From positions 62,001-126,000 of the IMG/VR virus record IMGVR_UViG_3300031993_000026: 64,000 nucleotides of DNA; one strand, 5' to 3'. The translations under genes were made by a program, and so were the position numbers. Shown here in pieces: positions 9,266 through 19,478 of this stretch. Below the pieces are notes generated by a model. That model was given only the letters and a program-made list of their open reading frames with translations. It had not been told where the DNA came from and searched no databases. How positions within the stretch are numbered: position 1 is the stretch's first letter; each line of letters opens with the position of its first letter. Source of the DNA: an uncultured virus (IMG/VR IMGVR_UViG_3300031993_000026) (taxonomy: Duplodnaviria; Heunggongvirae; Uroviricota; Caudoviricetes).

Positions 9266-12200
9266 CTACATTTCATCTTTGGTTTTTGGCTGCCATTTGT
9301 CTATGCCTATCTGTGACCACAATCGTTTTGCTTCATTCTCAACTCCAACTATTTTGATGCCATTGAAAAAGTTTCTCTCCTTTTCACGCATACCATTCTT
9401 ATAGAACCGTTTGTTTTCATTCCATAGTGAATCTGTTTGGCTGTCTTTTATGGCAGGATAATCACTATTGTCCCAGTCGTGCAAGGCATTTATTTTGATG
9501 TGGTGTTTCATTAGGTAAGGTCTCAACCATCCCTCATCGCATTTGGTAACATACTTGTCGCGTAATTCTGACTTTTCATAAGCATCAAACGGATAGATGA
9601 AAGGTGGGAAGCAGTTTCGCCCTCCCATATATGCGTTGTATTCAGATGGTGTTTTTGCTATTTTGGATTTTATGACTTCGTTCCCGACATATTTTACGGA
9701 TGTTGTGCTATAAACAGTAATACAGTCTGTATGTAGTTTTGCCTGTGTTATTAGTTCATTGACAATGTTCGGCTTATATAGAGTATCATCATCCAGTTCA
9801 ATGTTATAGCAATAGTTGTAGTATTTAAAACATTGTTGCTTTTTGTGTCCATATATGTTTTTTGGTATCCATTTTATGCAACTTAATAGACCATCGTTTA
9901 AGCATTTAATGATGTGTTCGGGTAGATTGTCCTTGTCATATTCATCAGATGAGAGCCATAATATTATTCGGTCTGGCTTGCGTGTTTGTTTTGTTAAATT
10001 TGATAGCATTACTGGAAGGCAGTGGTCGCGTTTTTTCCAAGTTGTAATATTGATATGCACGGGTGCATTTTTATAGAACTCTTGTGCATATATTTCAGAA
10101 TTTCGTTTAAGTCTTTCCTGTGGTGTGCTCTTTTGCTTATATGTATCGCTTAATGCGGGTGTTCCATTTTTGGTCATAGTGAACGGGAATCCCTTGTTCA
10201 TAAATCGTTGTTTCAAGTGGCATTTGTCGATTATGAATTGAAAGAACATATCGTCCTCATTGGTATTGACTATGTTTTCGTTTATGACACCATATAGGTC
10301 ATCAAAATATATCGGGTTGTATAATGTTGCCGCCCCACAGTTTGTAACCATTTTATCGTGCCTGTATGAAATAGTAGCAACGGATTTGTCCTTGCACCAT
10401 TCTTGATACAATTCATCTGCATAGTTTCTTGTGTATGCCACATCATCATCCGCACTTATGATTGGTACATTTCCATATTTTTCTATTGTTGGTAATACTT
10501 TTTTGAATGCCTTGTAGTTCTCATTTACCCATAATATTTCAAGACCCTTTGTATCCACCAGAGTTAATATTGATTGTGGCAGTTCCTTTTCTTGGTTTGG
10601 AAATTCTTTTTTTGATAAAACGAGTACAATGTGATAGTTAGGGCACATTTTAAATAGAGATTCGATGCTTTTGTGCGCAATACCTATTCGTGCTTTCCAA
10701 GATGTCAGGCTGATAATCGCATTTAGTGTAATTGCTTTATATTTAGTAGTTGAGCATTCGATTATCTTGTCTTGTCTTGATTTCTCCACTACGAATTTAT
10801 TGAGTGTTTTGCGCAGTTCTGATTGCATATTTGTATCCGTGTTATGCTCAAGTGAGTTATCTCTGACCCTTCTGTTGTAAAATACATTGTCATCGGTCAA
10901 TGATTTAGTGTCTGTTCCTATTCTATGCAGGAAGTCATAGTCTGCGCTAATTCTCCATTTTCGATACCCTCCATATTCGTTCCATATTTCGTGTCTTACG
11001 AAATGGACACCGCACGCTATACCTTGATTGTTTTTCTTACCGAAGTTATGATAGAATACTCTAAATACATCAATCTGCTTGCCTTGTTGTTTATTATAGA
11101 ATTTTTCAATCATATCTTTCGGCATCACATCGTCACTGTCGAAGCGCAACAGCCACTTGTACTTCGCCTCCTTCATTATCGTGTTGCAGGTGACATAAGT
11201 GCCGACATTCTCGTCCATCATAAACACGCGCAGGTTTCTGTACTTGTGCATTATGCTCCTGACTTTTTCGAGCGTCTTTTCGCATCCGTCTATGCCGAGC
11301 AGGACTTCCCAGTTGCTGTGGCTCTTGAACCAAGTCTGCGCCTCCACGCTGTCGAGGCACTCCTCTATGTAGTCCTGTGTCTGGTATGCGCTTATGCACA
11401 CGCTCACGCCTTCGGGGTATTCGCCGACCTGTGCTGGCGCGGACTGTACGGTGGCTGACTTCGCCGTCTTCGCTTCGGGCTTCGGCTCTTGTTCCGCCAC
11501 CGCCTTCAGTGCTTCGGCTTGCTTCTGCGGGAGCACCTTCACGGTGTCCTTCAGCATCCCGTCCAGCACGACCGTTTCGGGCTTCCTGTCTATGTGGACT
11601 TCGAGTGCGCCAGCGTTGGACTTCGCTACGGTGGCGACATCAATGCCGACAATTTCCGCCACATACCTGTCCTTCTCCTCCGTGTGCTCGTTGAAGTTGA
11701 AGAAGAAGCCCACCGTGAGCCTCCGAGCATCGTCCTTCTTCCCCCGCTTGTTCCTGAAATACTCCTCCGCAGACTTCGTTATGTAGTGGTCAACCCAAGC
11801 GCAGTCATACGCCACGCCACCCCTCGTGTATGTTGACTGGGAGTAGTTTATCCTCTTCCCGTTGCAGTCGATTATGTTGGAGAGGTGGTTGGAGAAGTGG
11901 ACATTTATCATCTTGAACTCCTCCCTCCTCGTCGAGAAGAGCATCTTATAGAAGTACCTCCCGTCCTTCGGCTCTACGACCTGCGGGAAACGCTCCCTCA
12001 CTGGCTTGTCCTCGTAGTGCAGGTTTCCGCTGTCGGAGTGGCACTTCCAGTAGAGCCTCGTCCCCTCCGCGTTCCTTACCACGCGGGCTATGTAGTCCTT
12101 CAGCCCGTTGAAGTCGTCCGACACATTGAGGAACTCGTCGCAGTCCAAGAAGGCGAAGTGTGTGAAGTCGCCCCTGTGCGCCCTGTACCACTCGTTGTAG

Positions 12201-12424
12201 CACTTGAGTTGTATCTCGACATTCCTCTGCAATGCGTTGCGGTATCGGTTGTTGATATGGACATAGGGCAGGTCGCCCACCGCCTCGTCTATCCTTTCCC
12301 CGACAAGGTTGTTGTCATATATGTAGATTTCATCGAAGCCTATGCCCCTGTGCCATTCGCACCATTCTCGGATGTACCTGTTCTCGCCCTTCGCTATGCA
12401 GACGAGTGCTGTCCTTATTTCCAT
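9266..12424 (-). CDS. Multidomain glycosyltransferase (about four GT-A/GT2-like modules)
   Basis: CIAKGENRYIREW..FLDCDEF; VSVCISAY..RFDSDD; IISLTSWKARI..IISADDD; INITTWKKR..IELDDD. Confidence 0.85.
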   Translation of the reverse strand: MEIRTALVCIAKGENRYIREWCEWHRGIGFDEIYIYDNNLVGERIDEAVGDLPYVHINNRYRNALQRNVEIQLKCYNEWYRAHRGDFTHFAFLDCDEFLNVSDDFNGLKDYIARVVRNAEGTRLYWKCHSDSGNLHYEDKPVRERFPQVVEPKDGRYFYKMLFSTRREEFKMINVHFSNHLSNIIDCNGKRINYSQSTYTRGGVAYDCAWVDHYITKSAEEYFRNKRGKKDDARRLTVGFFFNFNEHTEEKDRYVAEIVGIDVATVAKSNAGALEVHIDRKPETVVLDGMLKDTVKVLPQKQAEALKAVAEQEPKPEAKTAKSATVQSAPAQVGEYPEGVSVCISAYQTQDYIEECLDSVEAQTWFKSHSNWEVLLGIDGCEKTLEKVRSIMHKYRNLRVFMMDENVGTYVTCNTIMKEAKYKWLLRFDSDDVMPKDMIEKFYNKQQGKQIDVFRVFYHNFGKKNNQGIACGVHFVRHEIWNEYGGYRKWRISADYDFLHRIGTDTKSLTDDNVFYNRRVRDNSLEHNTDTNMQSELRKTLNKFVVEKSRQDKIIECSTTKYKAITLNAIISLTSWKARIGIAHKSIESLFKMCPNYHIVLVLSKKEFPNQEKELPQSILTLVDTKGLEILWVNENYKAFKKVLPTIEKYGNVPIISADDDVAYTRNYADELYQEWCKDKSVATISYRHDKMVTNCGAATLYNPIYFDDLYGVINENIVNTNEDDMFFQFIIDKCHLKQRFMNKGFPFTMTKNGTPALSDTYKQKSTPQERLKRNSEIYAQEFYKNAPVHINITTWKKRDHCLPVMLSNLTKQTRKPDRIILWLSSDEYDKDNLPEHIIKCLNDGLLSCIKWIPKNIYGHKKQQCFKYYNYCYNIELDDDTLYKPNIVNELITQAKLHTDCITVYSTTSVKYVGNEVIKSKIAKTPSEYNAYMGGRNCFPPFIYPFDAYEKSELRDKYVTKCDEGWLRPYLMKHHIKINALHDWDNSDYPAIKDSQTDSLWNENKRFYKNGMREKERNFFNGIKIVGVENEAKRLWSQIGIDKWQPKTKDEM

Positions 12425-12455
12425 ATAAGAGTGTGTTTTGTAGTCATTTATATAT

Positions 12456-12463
12456 TATTTATA
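12456..12463 (-). promoter_or_regulatory. Late promoter TATAAATA for the glycosyltransferase cluster
   Basis: Exact consensus about 30 nt upstream of start codon at 12424. Confidence 0.6.
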
Positions 12464-12477
12464 TATAGTCCTGCGGT

Positions 12478-12972
12478 TTATAGTATCGGTATTCGGCTGT
12501 CCTCCGTCACGAACTTGTACTCCCAGCCCCTCTGCTTGCAGAACATCTCGCACGCCCTTGCCTTCTCGGTGTTGCGCACGAAGGTCTCCGCCTCATACTT
12601 GAAGCGTTTCAGGGACTTCTCCGTGACGCGCTTCGGCTGTTCGGGCTTCGTCAGGTACTTCTTCGGCTTGACTTCGAGGACATAGTGCTTGGTGTTCCCC
12701 TCGCCGTCCGTCCTCTCGAAGTAGAAGTCTGGGAAATACTCGTGGTACTTCTGGTCGAGGGAACTGAAATACTTTACCGATATGCACTCGCTCCCCCACC
12801 TCTTCACCTCTGGGGAGAGGTCGAGCAACTTGCATACGCGGAGTTCCCACGAACTCCTGTATATTATCGGGTAGCCCCCGCAGTATTTCTCCCTGTTGAC
12901 TGGGGCGTAGTAGCCCTGACTGTATTTGAGCGACTCGCTCTGCGAGTGCGGTTTGAGTGCCTTTATGTCCAT
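12478..12972 (-). CDS. Head completion nuclease, T4 gp4-like (TnsA-type PD-(D/E)xK)
   Basis: P.NREKY.G..PIIYRSSWE...LD..P.V..WGSE....Y.S..D...H.YFPDF...EVKP...N.EK...A; late promoter at 12999-13006 (-). Confidence 0.9.
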   Translation of the reverse strand: MDIKALKPHSQSESLKYSQGYYAPVNREKYCGGYPIIYRSSWELRVCKLLDLSPEVKRWGSECISVKYFSSLDQKYHEYFPDFYFERTDGEGNTKHYVLEVKPKKYLTKPEQPKRVTEKSLKRFKYEAETFVRNTEKARACEMFCKQRGWEYKFVTEDSRIPIL

Positions 12973-13071
12973 AAGTCCCTGTCCTTTGCTGTACTCTATA
13001 TTTATAATTCGGCTTCCGCCGTCGGTTTCCCGACATTTATAAATAATGTATATATAGTATCTTATAGCCGA

Positions 13072-13572
13072 ATGAACTTTTCCGCGCATACATACGAAGT
13101 GATACTCGACCTCGCAGACAGGTTCGGGAAGTTCGGCTTCGATATGACGGATGTGCGCATAGCCTATGTGCGCCCAGACGGTATGTCGAACTTCCGTTCA
13201 TTCACAGACCGAGAGGCACTTGCCGAATACTTCGGGGACACCGTTTCGACTGGTGCTTTCACGAAGGAGAACGGCGGGTACTGGAAACTCTGCGACTGCA
13301 CCCTTACCCGCACGCTTCGGTTTCTCCCGCGCATATCGTTTCGGGTGACCGATGCCTGCGGGAAAAGGAGGAGGATTTCGGAACGCTCCGTAGTTCGTCC
13401 GACCGCCACCGTTACGAGGGAGGCTGATGCGAGCCGTGTTCTCGGAGTGGTCGAGCGCACGCTCGACAGGTATTGCGCGATAGTCGGGGAGGCGGAGAGG
13501 CGCACAGCCGAAGGTGTTTTCGGAGACCTGTGCTTCGGCGACTGGTACTGGAAGGAAATCCATAGATTATGA
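13072..13572 (+). CDS. Hypothetical protein
   Basis: ATG at 13072 downstream of TATAAATA (13038-13045). Confidence 0.65.
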   Translation: MNFSAHTYEVILDLADRFGKFGFDMTDVRIAYVRPDGMSNFRSFTDREALAEYFGDTVSTGAFTKENGGYWKLCDCTLTRTLRFLPRISFRVTDACGKRRRISERSVVRPTATVTREADASRVLGVVERTLDRYCAIVGEAERRTAEGVFGDLCFGDWYWKEIHRL

Positions 13573-13590
13573 ATATTTGATTGCTGGCTT

Positions 13591-15459
13591 ATGAAAAGGA
13601 CGCTTACGGTAGATGCGAATATTACGATTGATGACCAATATGCGGGAACAAGGAACATTGTTATCCGTATGAAAGGCGATGTCGGCGAGGACAGGGTTGT
13701 CGAGGAACACACTGGCGGGAGTTACTACCCAGTGGCACTTACGGAGAACTGGGCTACGGTAAACGGGGAACTGCTACCGAACCCGTTTGAACTCGACCCG
13801 CAGATGTTATATCTTTCGGAGAGGGACACGACGGACGCGGACAAAGTGTTCCTTATAATTCGCACAAAGGACGAGGAAGAAGGCGAGGTGGCGTATCGGT
13901 GGGTTGCGTTTTCGCTCTACGAATATGCGCGTAAATCGGGAATATCCCCAGATATATGGGTGATAGCCAACACAGCAAGCGTCCCAGTTGCGGACAGCCT
14001 TACGGAGAAGATAGCATACAGGGGAGAGAAGGGGCGCGAACTCACGGTGGCGGAGATTGACGAGAACTTCCGCAAGGTCGCTAACCCGTGGAACTCCAAG
14101 CGTGCATACCGTTCGCAGGACATAGTGTACGAGTATGACGACGATACCCAGACCTGCGGCTGGTATATGTACTATAACATAAACAGGGACGGTACTTCAC
14201 TTATAGGCGTGCGCCCTTCGGAGTACGACAACATTCCTGCCGATATGTGGATACCCATTGGTGGCAGGGGCAACGGCGGTGGAAGTTCCGAAGGTGACTG
14301 TGTGTATCATATAGACGGCAATATGGTATGGCTCGGAGGCTTAAATGCCGAGAAGATGTCATCGGGGCTTACGAAATTTGACGGTCAGTCGCAAGATGAC
14401 GAAAATGAAGGTGGCGGACTGCTTGGACGGTCGGCTTCCTCGCCTATGTATGAACTCACAATATCCACAAGCGGAGAGGATATAGTTTCGGCACTTGACG
14501 ATGCGGCTGTGTCCGCTGGCGAATGGGGAAAGGGAGTTGTCCTTGACATTGATGTCACGCTTCCGAAAGGTGAGCCTGTCGGGAGATACACGCTACAACT
14601 CATATCTGACGATATGGGGCGCAGGAACGACGGGATAAGGAGGGCTTGCTTCGGTGCGTTCGTCCGCACCGACAATATATCTTCCTCCGATGGCATCAGT
14701 GAATTTGAAACCATTGACAAGGAGACTTTTGAGAACAACGGTGGCGTATCGTCCGATGATGTTACGCACAAAGGCTACGAAACCATTACTGGTATTTCGG
14801 ACGATGACGACACCTCCGACAATGGCGATACTGGCGGGGACGGCGATACGAATGACGGAGGCGATGTCGGGCTTGGCTCGTCCGCACCCGTTTCAAGCCA
14901 GAATGTTGCCACCCCGAAATCCATTTCTGGCGTGTATGTGCTCGTTACGATATACATCGCCACGATACAATCACCGTATCCTGTGGGCGCGGATATGTAT
15001 ATGGTCGATGCAAAGGGCAAGAAAGGCGACAAGGGCGACAAGGGCGACAAGGGCGACAAGGGCGACAGTGGCACTGGCGTTCCCGCGTTGAAGCAAAATG
15101 AATATGAATATGTGGCTTATAAGTGTTTTCCTATAGGTGACGGGCGCGGAAACGGCATAGAGTTTACATTTGGCACTGGCGCAAATTATGAGGATTTTTC
15201 CAATGAACATCTTTCGCCCGCAACAGTTAATGCGGTAATGTGCATCAAGTCCGCAGAGCCAGCGTGGAGCAGTGTAATGCAGACACCGACGCTTTCTATC
15301 GACCAGTCGAACAGGGGGATTGTAACCGTATATCCCGTTGGCGGGACGATTGCAGATGATTATGTTGCGAGGGTGTGCCTGTATCTATATAAGGATGACT
15401 ACGGCTACTACGATGCGCTTTTTACTTTTGAACTATTTGAAGGTTTTCCAAATACATAA
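13591..15459 (+). CDS. Putative virion structural/fibre protein with short collagen-like stretch
   Basis: KGRELTVAEIDENF motif, Gly/Asp-rich linkers, (GDK)n repeat. Confidence 0.6.
   Translation: MKRTLTVDANITIDDQYAGTRNIVIRMKGDVGEDRVVEEHTGGSYYPVALTENWATVNGELLPNPFELDPQMLYLSERDTTDADKVFLIIRTKDEEEGEVAYRWVAFSLYEYARKSGISPDIWVIANTASVPVADSLTEKIAYRGEKGRELTVAEIDENFRKVANPWNSKRAYRSQDIVYEYDDDTQTCGWYMYYNINRDGTSLIGVRPSEYDNIPADMWIPIGGRGNGGGSSEGDCVYHIDGNMVWLGGLNAEKMSSGLTKFDGQSQDDENEGGGLLGRSASSPMYELTISTSGEDIVSALDDAAVSAGEWGKGVVLDIDVTLPKGEPVGRYTLQLISDDMGRRNDGIRRACFGAFVRTDNISSSDGISEFETIDKETFENNGGVSSDDVTHKGYETITGISDDDDTSDNGDTGGDGDTNDGGDVGLGSSAPVSSQNVATPKSISGVYVLVTIYIATIQSPYPVGADMYMVDAKGKKGDKGDKGDKGDKGDSGTGVPALKQNEYEYVAYKCFPIGDGRGNGIEFTFGTGANYEDFSNEHLSPATVNAVMCIKSAEPAWSSVMQTPTLSIDQSNRGIVTVYPVGGTIADDYVARVCLYLYKDDYGYYDALFTFELFEGFPNT
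15025..15066 (+). repeat. 9-bp tandem repeat GGCGACAAG (about 4.7 copies) encoding Gly-Asp-Lys
   Basis: Direct reading. Confidence 0.95.
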
Positions 15460-15470
15460 GGCGATAACTA

Positions 15471-18400
15471 ATGGTAACACAGGAAGGTAACGGCATATAT
15501 GTTTCTCACATCGACGATGTGTATGCGGACGGGGTGGAGTTCACCCTTTCCATTTCATTGAACGGGTGCTATGATGTTTCTCGGCACTTGGACGACTTTT
15601 CGCCAGACGACAACGCTGGCAACTACAGGAAGGGTGTCCTGCTCAACTATGTCGGTTTTCAGGTGCTTCGGCACGAGGGGGCTAACGCCACTCTGATGAA
15701 CAACCCTTCTGGCTGGGTTGATGTGACCGCTTGGGCGGTTGGAAGTTCGGTCGGTTCAGACTGCCTTGCCGACAAGTACGGGAACGGGGACATAAGTATC
15801 AGGGTCGGCGGGCACGCATACACCCCGTTGACACCCGAAGCACTTTTCACGAAGTATTCGGCGGACGACGAGCCTTACAGTTACTGGTACAACGGGGTTT
15901 CGGAAGTTCATACCGACATAGAGTATGCCTTCAACTTCGGGAGTTATTTTTCCGCAGGGGACTGGGCTGATGCAGACTTTCGGGAGCACACGCTCGATTG
16001 GTTCGGGAATGATGAGGTGAGGGCTTCCCACAGGGGGCTGGATTCCGATGACGACACGAGCGCAACGGTCGAGATAAGGTACAAGTTTCCCGACACATAT
16101 CCGTATGGCGACTGGCAGGAAGCCGACCAGCATACATACTGCATAATATTCAAGTACCCCGTGTCCGAAAACGAATGGGGTTCGGAAATCTCGTACATAC
16201 AGCCGTACGACGAGAACAATGTCATAAGTTACAGGACGCAACTTCTGCCGTCGGGAGACTATGCACCGCCTCCGAAATGCCGTCCCGTGGATGATGTAGA
16301 TGCCGTAATTGCAAGCGGTTCGGCTGATTATAACAGGTATGACCTCTCGATACGCTGCCGAGACGGTATCGACACGACAAATGCGAGTGTCAAGTTCTAC
16401 CTGCAAGTCGTCAAGGAGAACGCATACAGGATAACCTCATCGTCTGGCGAGGGCGGGAGCATAAGCCCAGTTGAAGGTACGGTCTATGCACCGAAAGGTT
16501 CTGACAGGAGATATACGGTAGTTCCAGACGAGGGGCATCGCATAAGCGAGTTCCTTGTTGACGGGCAGGCATCGATGCTTGAGGAGAACAACAACTATAC
16601 ATTCAGGAGAATACTGCGCGACCATACCATATATGCGGAGTTCGAGGACATTTCGGGCAAGCGTCTGCTTGTGGTGAGGTTCGGCGCAAGGAACTACAAC
16701 ACGGGGGATGTGGTCTGGAACAGTGGCTGTACGGTCTATGTCAACGATGTGATAGTCCCCGAAAGCGGAAGCGAGATATATGTGGACGACGGCTCGCGAC
16801 CAGTCATAACAATCGCGCACGAACTCGGCTATGAGAGTGCGACCGTTACGGAACTTGGCGCGACAAGGGTGGTTACGGGAGATGTCTTGGACGATGATGA
16901 ATATGTGTATGAACCGATTGAGCATAATTCGGAGTTCACCGTCGTAGTCCATAAGGACAATCCGTTCGTGCTTGAAACACAGGCTATGCCGCCTGAAGGC
17001 GGAACGACATCCCCGTTGCGCCGATACTGCTATGCGGGCGAGACCATTCCAATCCACGCAGAGCCGTATGAGGGCTGGAGGTTCGACAGGTGGATATATG
17101 GCGATGAACTCGACAGCCCCGACAGGGATACGGAGTTTGTTATGCCGTACCACTCGGTATTGCTTGATGCGCACTTCTCGCGGGAAGCCGTGTTATACAG
17201 CATATATTCGATGGTCAACGGAACAGGCGGGACAATAGAGCCTCTTGAAACAATAGCCGTACCAGAAGGCGAAACCCGCGTATATGTGGTTACGCCAGAC
17301 GAAGGCTATGTGGTGGACAGTGTTATCGTTGACACTGCTCCGCAGACGCTTGTGGACAATACATATACATTCGAGAATGTCCAGAGCAACCACACGATTA
17401 TAGTTTCATTCGCGGAAGCACCAGAACCGCCAGCGAATACGGTTACATTCCATTGCTTCGACATAATCGAGGGCGAGGCTGTCATCTTGGACGGCAATCC
17501 GAGGGGCGAGGTTGTTCAGGACGGCACGAGCCTTGCCTTTGGTGTCGCCTACCCGCTTGCAAGCGGTGATGCGTTCAAGTTCATACCTTTGTCTGGGTTG
17601 TTCATAACAGAACTTCATCTCGGAAGCGTTGACGGGGAGAGCATAATGGGAAGCCTTGTCCCAGACAGGACATACATCTTCGGTGAGGTTGACGGGGACA
17701 AGGAGGTCTATGTCCGCTTCAACAAGGACGGCGCGATTGATGTCGCGACGCTTGAATATCCGACGGGCGCGGGTGAAACGACAGGAAGCGGTCAGTATTC
17801 GTACAGCGAGACCGTCGAGGTGTCCGCTACACCCAACGGGAACTATGAGTTCCTCAACTGGACGAAGGACGGAGAGGTTGTTTGTACAGAGCGGGCATAT
17901 TCGTTTGATGTCTATGAGAGCGTAACGCTCATAGCCAACTTCGCCTCGACACTGCCGAGATATTCGGTGGGAGTGACCGCAAGCCCTGCGGGTGGCGGGA
18001 CTGCAACTGGCGGTGGCGAGTATGACGAGGGAAGCCTTGTGACGCTTGTCGCTACGGCTAACAGCGGATACATCTTCACTGGGTGGAGCGACGGCAATAC
18101 GGACAGCACCCGCATAATAACGGTTACAGCCGATGCGACCTATGTCGCGAACTTCGTGGCTGAACGCAGGATAACGGTGGTCGCCACTGGCAACTCTTCG
18201 GTTGACATAGACGGCACGCAACTTTTGGCAGGGGACTTTATAGTTGTTCCTGACGGCTCGTCCCCAGTCCTGACGGTCGCCCCGCAGTACGGGTTTGAAG
18301 TTTCATCGGTGTATGTTGACAGCACGGAGGTTGCACTCGTTGACGGGCATTACACATTCGGTTTAATATCGGCAGACCATACGGTCAAGGTCATAACGAA

Positions 18401-19400
18401 GATTACACCGTCGTACTTGGTCAAGGTTCAGTGTGACCCGGACAAGGGTACGGTGTCTGGCGGAGGTACTTATATGAGGGGCGTTCAGGTTACGGTCAAC
18501 GCGCAGGCTAACGAGAACTATGCGTTCGTCAACTGGACTGAAAACGGAACTGCCGTTTCGACCGATGCCGAATATACATTCACTATGCCAGACGACAACA
18601 GGATTCTTACTGCGCATTTCATATCCACGATACCGAGATATGCAATAGGCGTTTCGGCAACTGTTGGCGGTACTGCAAGCGGTGGCGGGGAATATGACGA
18701 GGGAAGCCTCGTAACGATAGCGGCGGAAGCCAGTGAGGGCTACCATTTTGTCGGCTGGGTTGACGGGAACGGTGAACCAGTATCGGCAGACACGACATAT
18801 TCGTTCACTGCGGACAGCGATATGGTATTTGTCGCGCAGTTCGACATAAACCAGTACACGATAAATGTCGGCGTATCATCGATGCGAGACTTTGAGGGTG
18901 CGGTGGGATGCGATGATATTCCTACGCATTCTGGTGACTTCCAAGTCAACGGTGTCCAGCACGGTTCTGCACCCGTGTTCTATATCAAGGAAAACCCGAA
19001 CGGGGGCATAGAGAGCGTGGTCGTTGACAAGACACTTGCTACGGAGCGCGTAGTGACTGGCGAACTCGTTGCCACGCAATATCAGAACCAATATACATAT
19101 ACGCTTCCGCCAGTCACAGCGAACTGTTCCGTTGATATTCGTTTCAACAAGAACGGGGCGTTGCGTATTCCGTTGAGCATAGTGCCGTCTGGCGCGGGCG
19201 CGGTGACGGCAAACGGTCAGCCTGTATCCGCTGGTATGCTGTATTCGTATGAGGGGCAGGCTGTCGAGTTCCACGCGGTTCCTTCGGCTGGCTATTCCTT
19301 TGGGGGCTGGAGCATTGACGGGGTGCAGGTGTCCACCGATGCCGATATGACATATGCGCAGGACGACAGGGAGCATATCATCGAGGCTGTGTTCACATAA
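15471..19400 (+). CDS. Large acidic protein with many Ig-like/InlB B-repeat-type modules; probable virion surface protein
   Basis: Repeated GG...G.G.Y..G..V...A....GY.F..W...Y.F.......A.F units alternating with V.PDEGY.V..V.VD...YTF..V...HTI units. Confidence 0.8.
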   Translation: MVTQEGNGIYVSHIDDVYADGVEFTLSISLNGCYDVSRHLDDFSPDDNAGNYRKGVLLNYVGFQVLRHEGANATLMNNPSGWVDVTAWAVGSSVGSDCLADKYGNGDISIRVGGHAYTPLTPEALFTKYSADDEPYSYWYNGVSEVHTDIEYAFNFGSYFSAGDWADADFREHTLDWFGNDEVRASHRGLDSDDDTSATVEIRYKFPDTYPYGDWQEADQHTYCIIFKYPVSENEWGSEISYIQPYDENNVISYRTQLLPSGDYAPPPKCRPVDDVDAVIASGSADYNRYDLSIRCRDGIDTTNASVKFYLQVVKENAYRITSSSGEGGSISPVEGTVYAPKGSDRRYTVVPDEGHRISEFLVDGQASMLEENNNYTFRRILRDHTIYAEFEDISGKRLLVVRFGARNYNTGDVVWNSGCTVYVNDVIVPESGSEIYVDDGSRPVITIAHELGYESATVTELGATRVVTGDVLDDDEYVYEPIEHNSEFTVVVHKDNPFVLETQAMPPEGGTTSPLRRYCYAGETIPIHAEPYEGWRFDRWIYGDELDSPDRDTEFVMPYHSVLLDAHFSREAVLYSIYSMVNGTGGTIEPLETIAVPEGETRVYVVTPDEGYVVDSVIVDTAPQTLVDNTYTFENVQSNHTIIVSFAEAPEPPANTVTFHCFDIIEGEAVILDGNPRGEVVQDGTSLAFGVAYPLASGDAFKFIPLSGLFITELHLGSVDGESIMGSLVPDRTYIFGEVDGDKEVYVRFNKDGAIDVATLEYPTGAGETTGSGQYSYSETVEVSATPNGNYEFLNWTKDGEVVCTERAYSFDVYESVTLIANFASTLPRYSVGVTASPAGGGTATGGGEYDEGSLVTLVATANSGYIFTGWSDGNTDSTRIITVTADATYVANFVAERRITVVATGNSSVDIDGTQLLAGDFIVVPDGSSPVLTVAPQYGFEVSSVYVDSTEVALVDGHYTFGLISADHTVKVITKITPSYLVKVQCDPDKGTVSGGGTYMRGVQVTVNAQANENYAFVNWTENGTAVSTDAEYTFTMPDDNRILTAHFISTIPRYAIGVSATVGGTASGGGEYDEGSLVTIAAEASEGYHFVGWVDGNGEPVSADTTYSFTADSDMVFVAQFDINQYTINVGVSSMRDFEGAVGCDDIPTHSGDFQVNGVQHGSAPVFYIKENPNGGIESVVVDKTLATERVVTGELVATQYQNQYTYTLPPVTANCSVDIRFNKNGALRIPLSIVPSGAGAVTANGQPVSAGMLYSYEGQAVEFHAVPSAGYSFGGWSIDGVQVSTDADMTYAQDDREHIIEAVFT

Positions 19401-19416
19401 AAAAATTTTAAATATT

Positions 19417-19457
19417 TCTGAACTTTATAAATTTTTCCAATATATTGCTTATAAATA
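19417..19457 (+). promoter_or_regulatory. TCTGAA(C)-N14-CAATATATTG motif (copy 2) followed by TATAAATA
   Basis: Same 21-nt box offset; upstream of RNase H gene. Confidence 0.6.
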
Positions 19458-19478
19458 ACAAGGAAAAAGGAAACTCGG

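Noticed and set aside
12478..12972. Tn7-like TnsA transposase
   Set aside because: The motif pattern, late promoter and structural-gene context fit T4 gp4; no tnsB/tnsC nearby.
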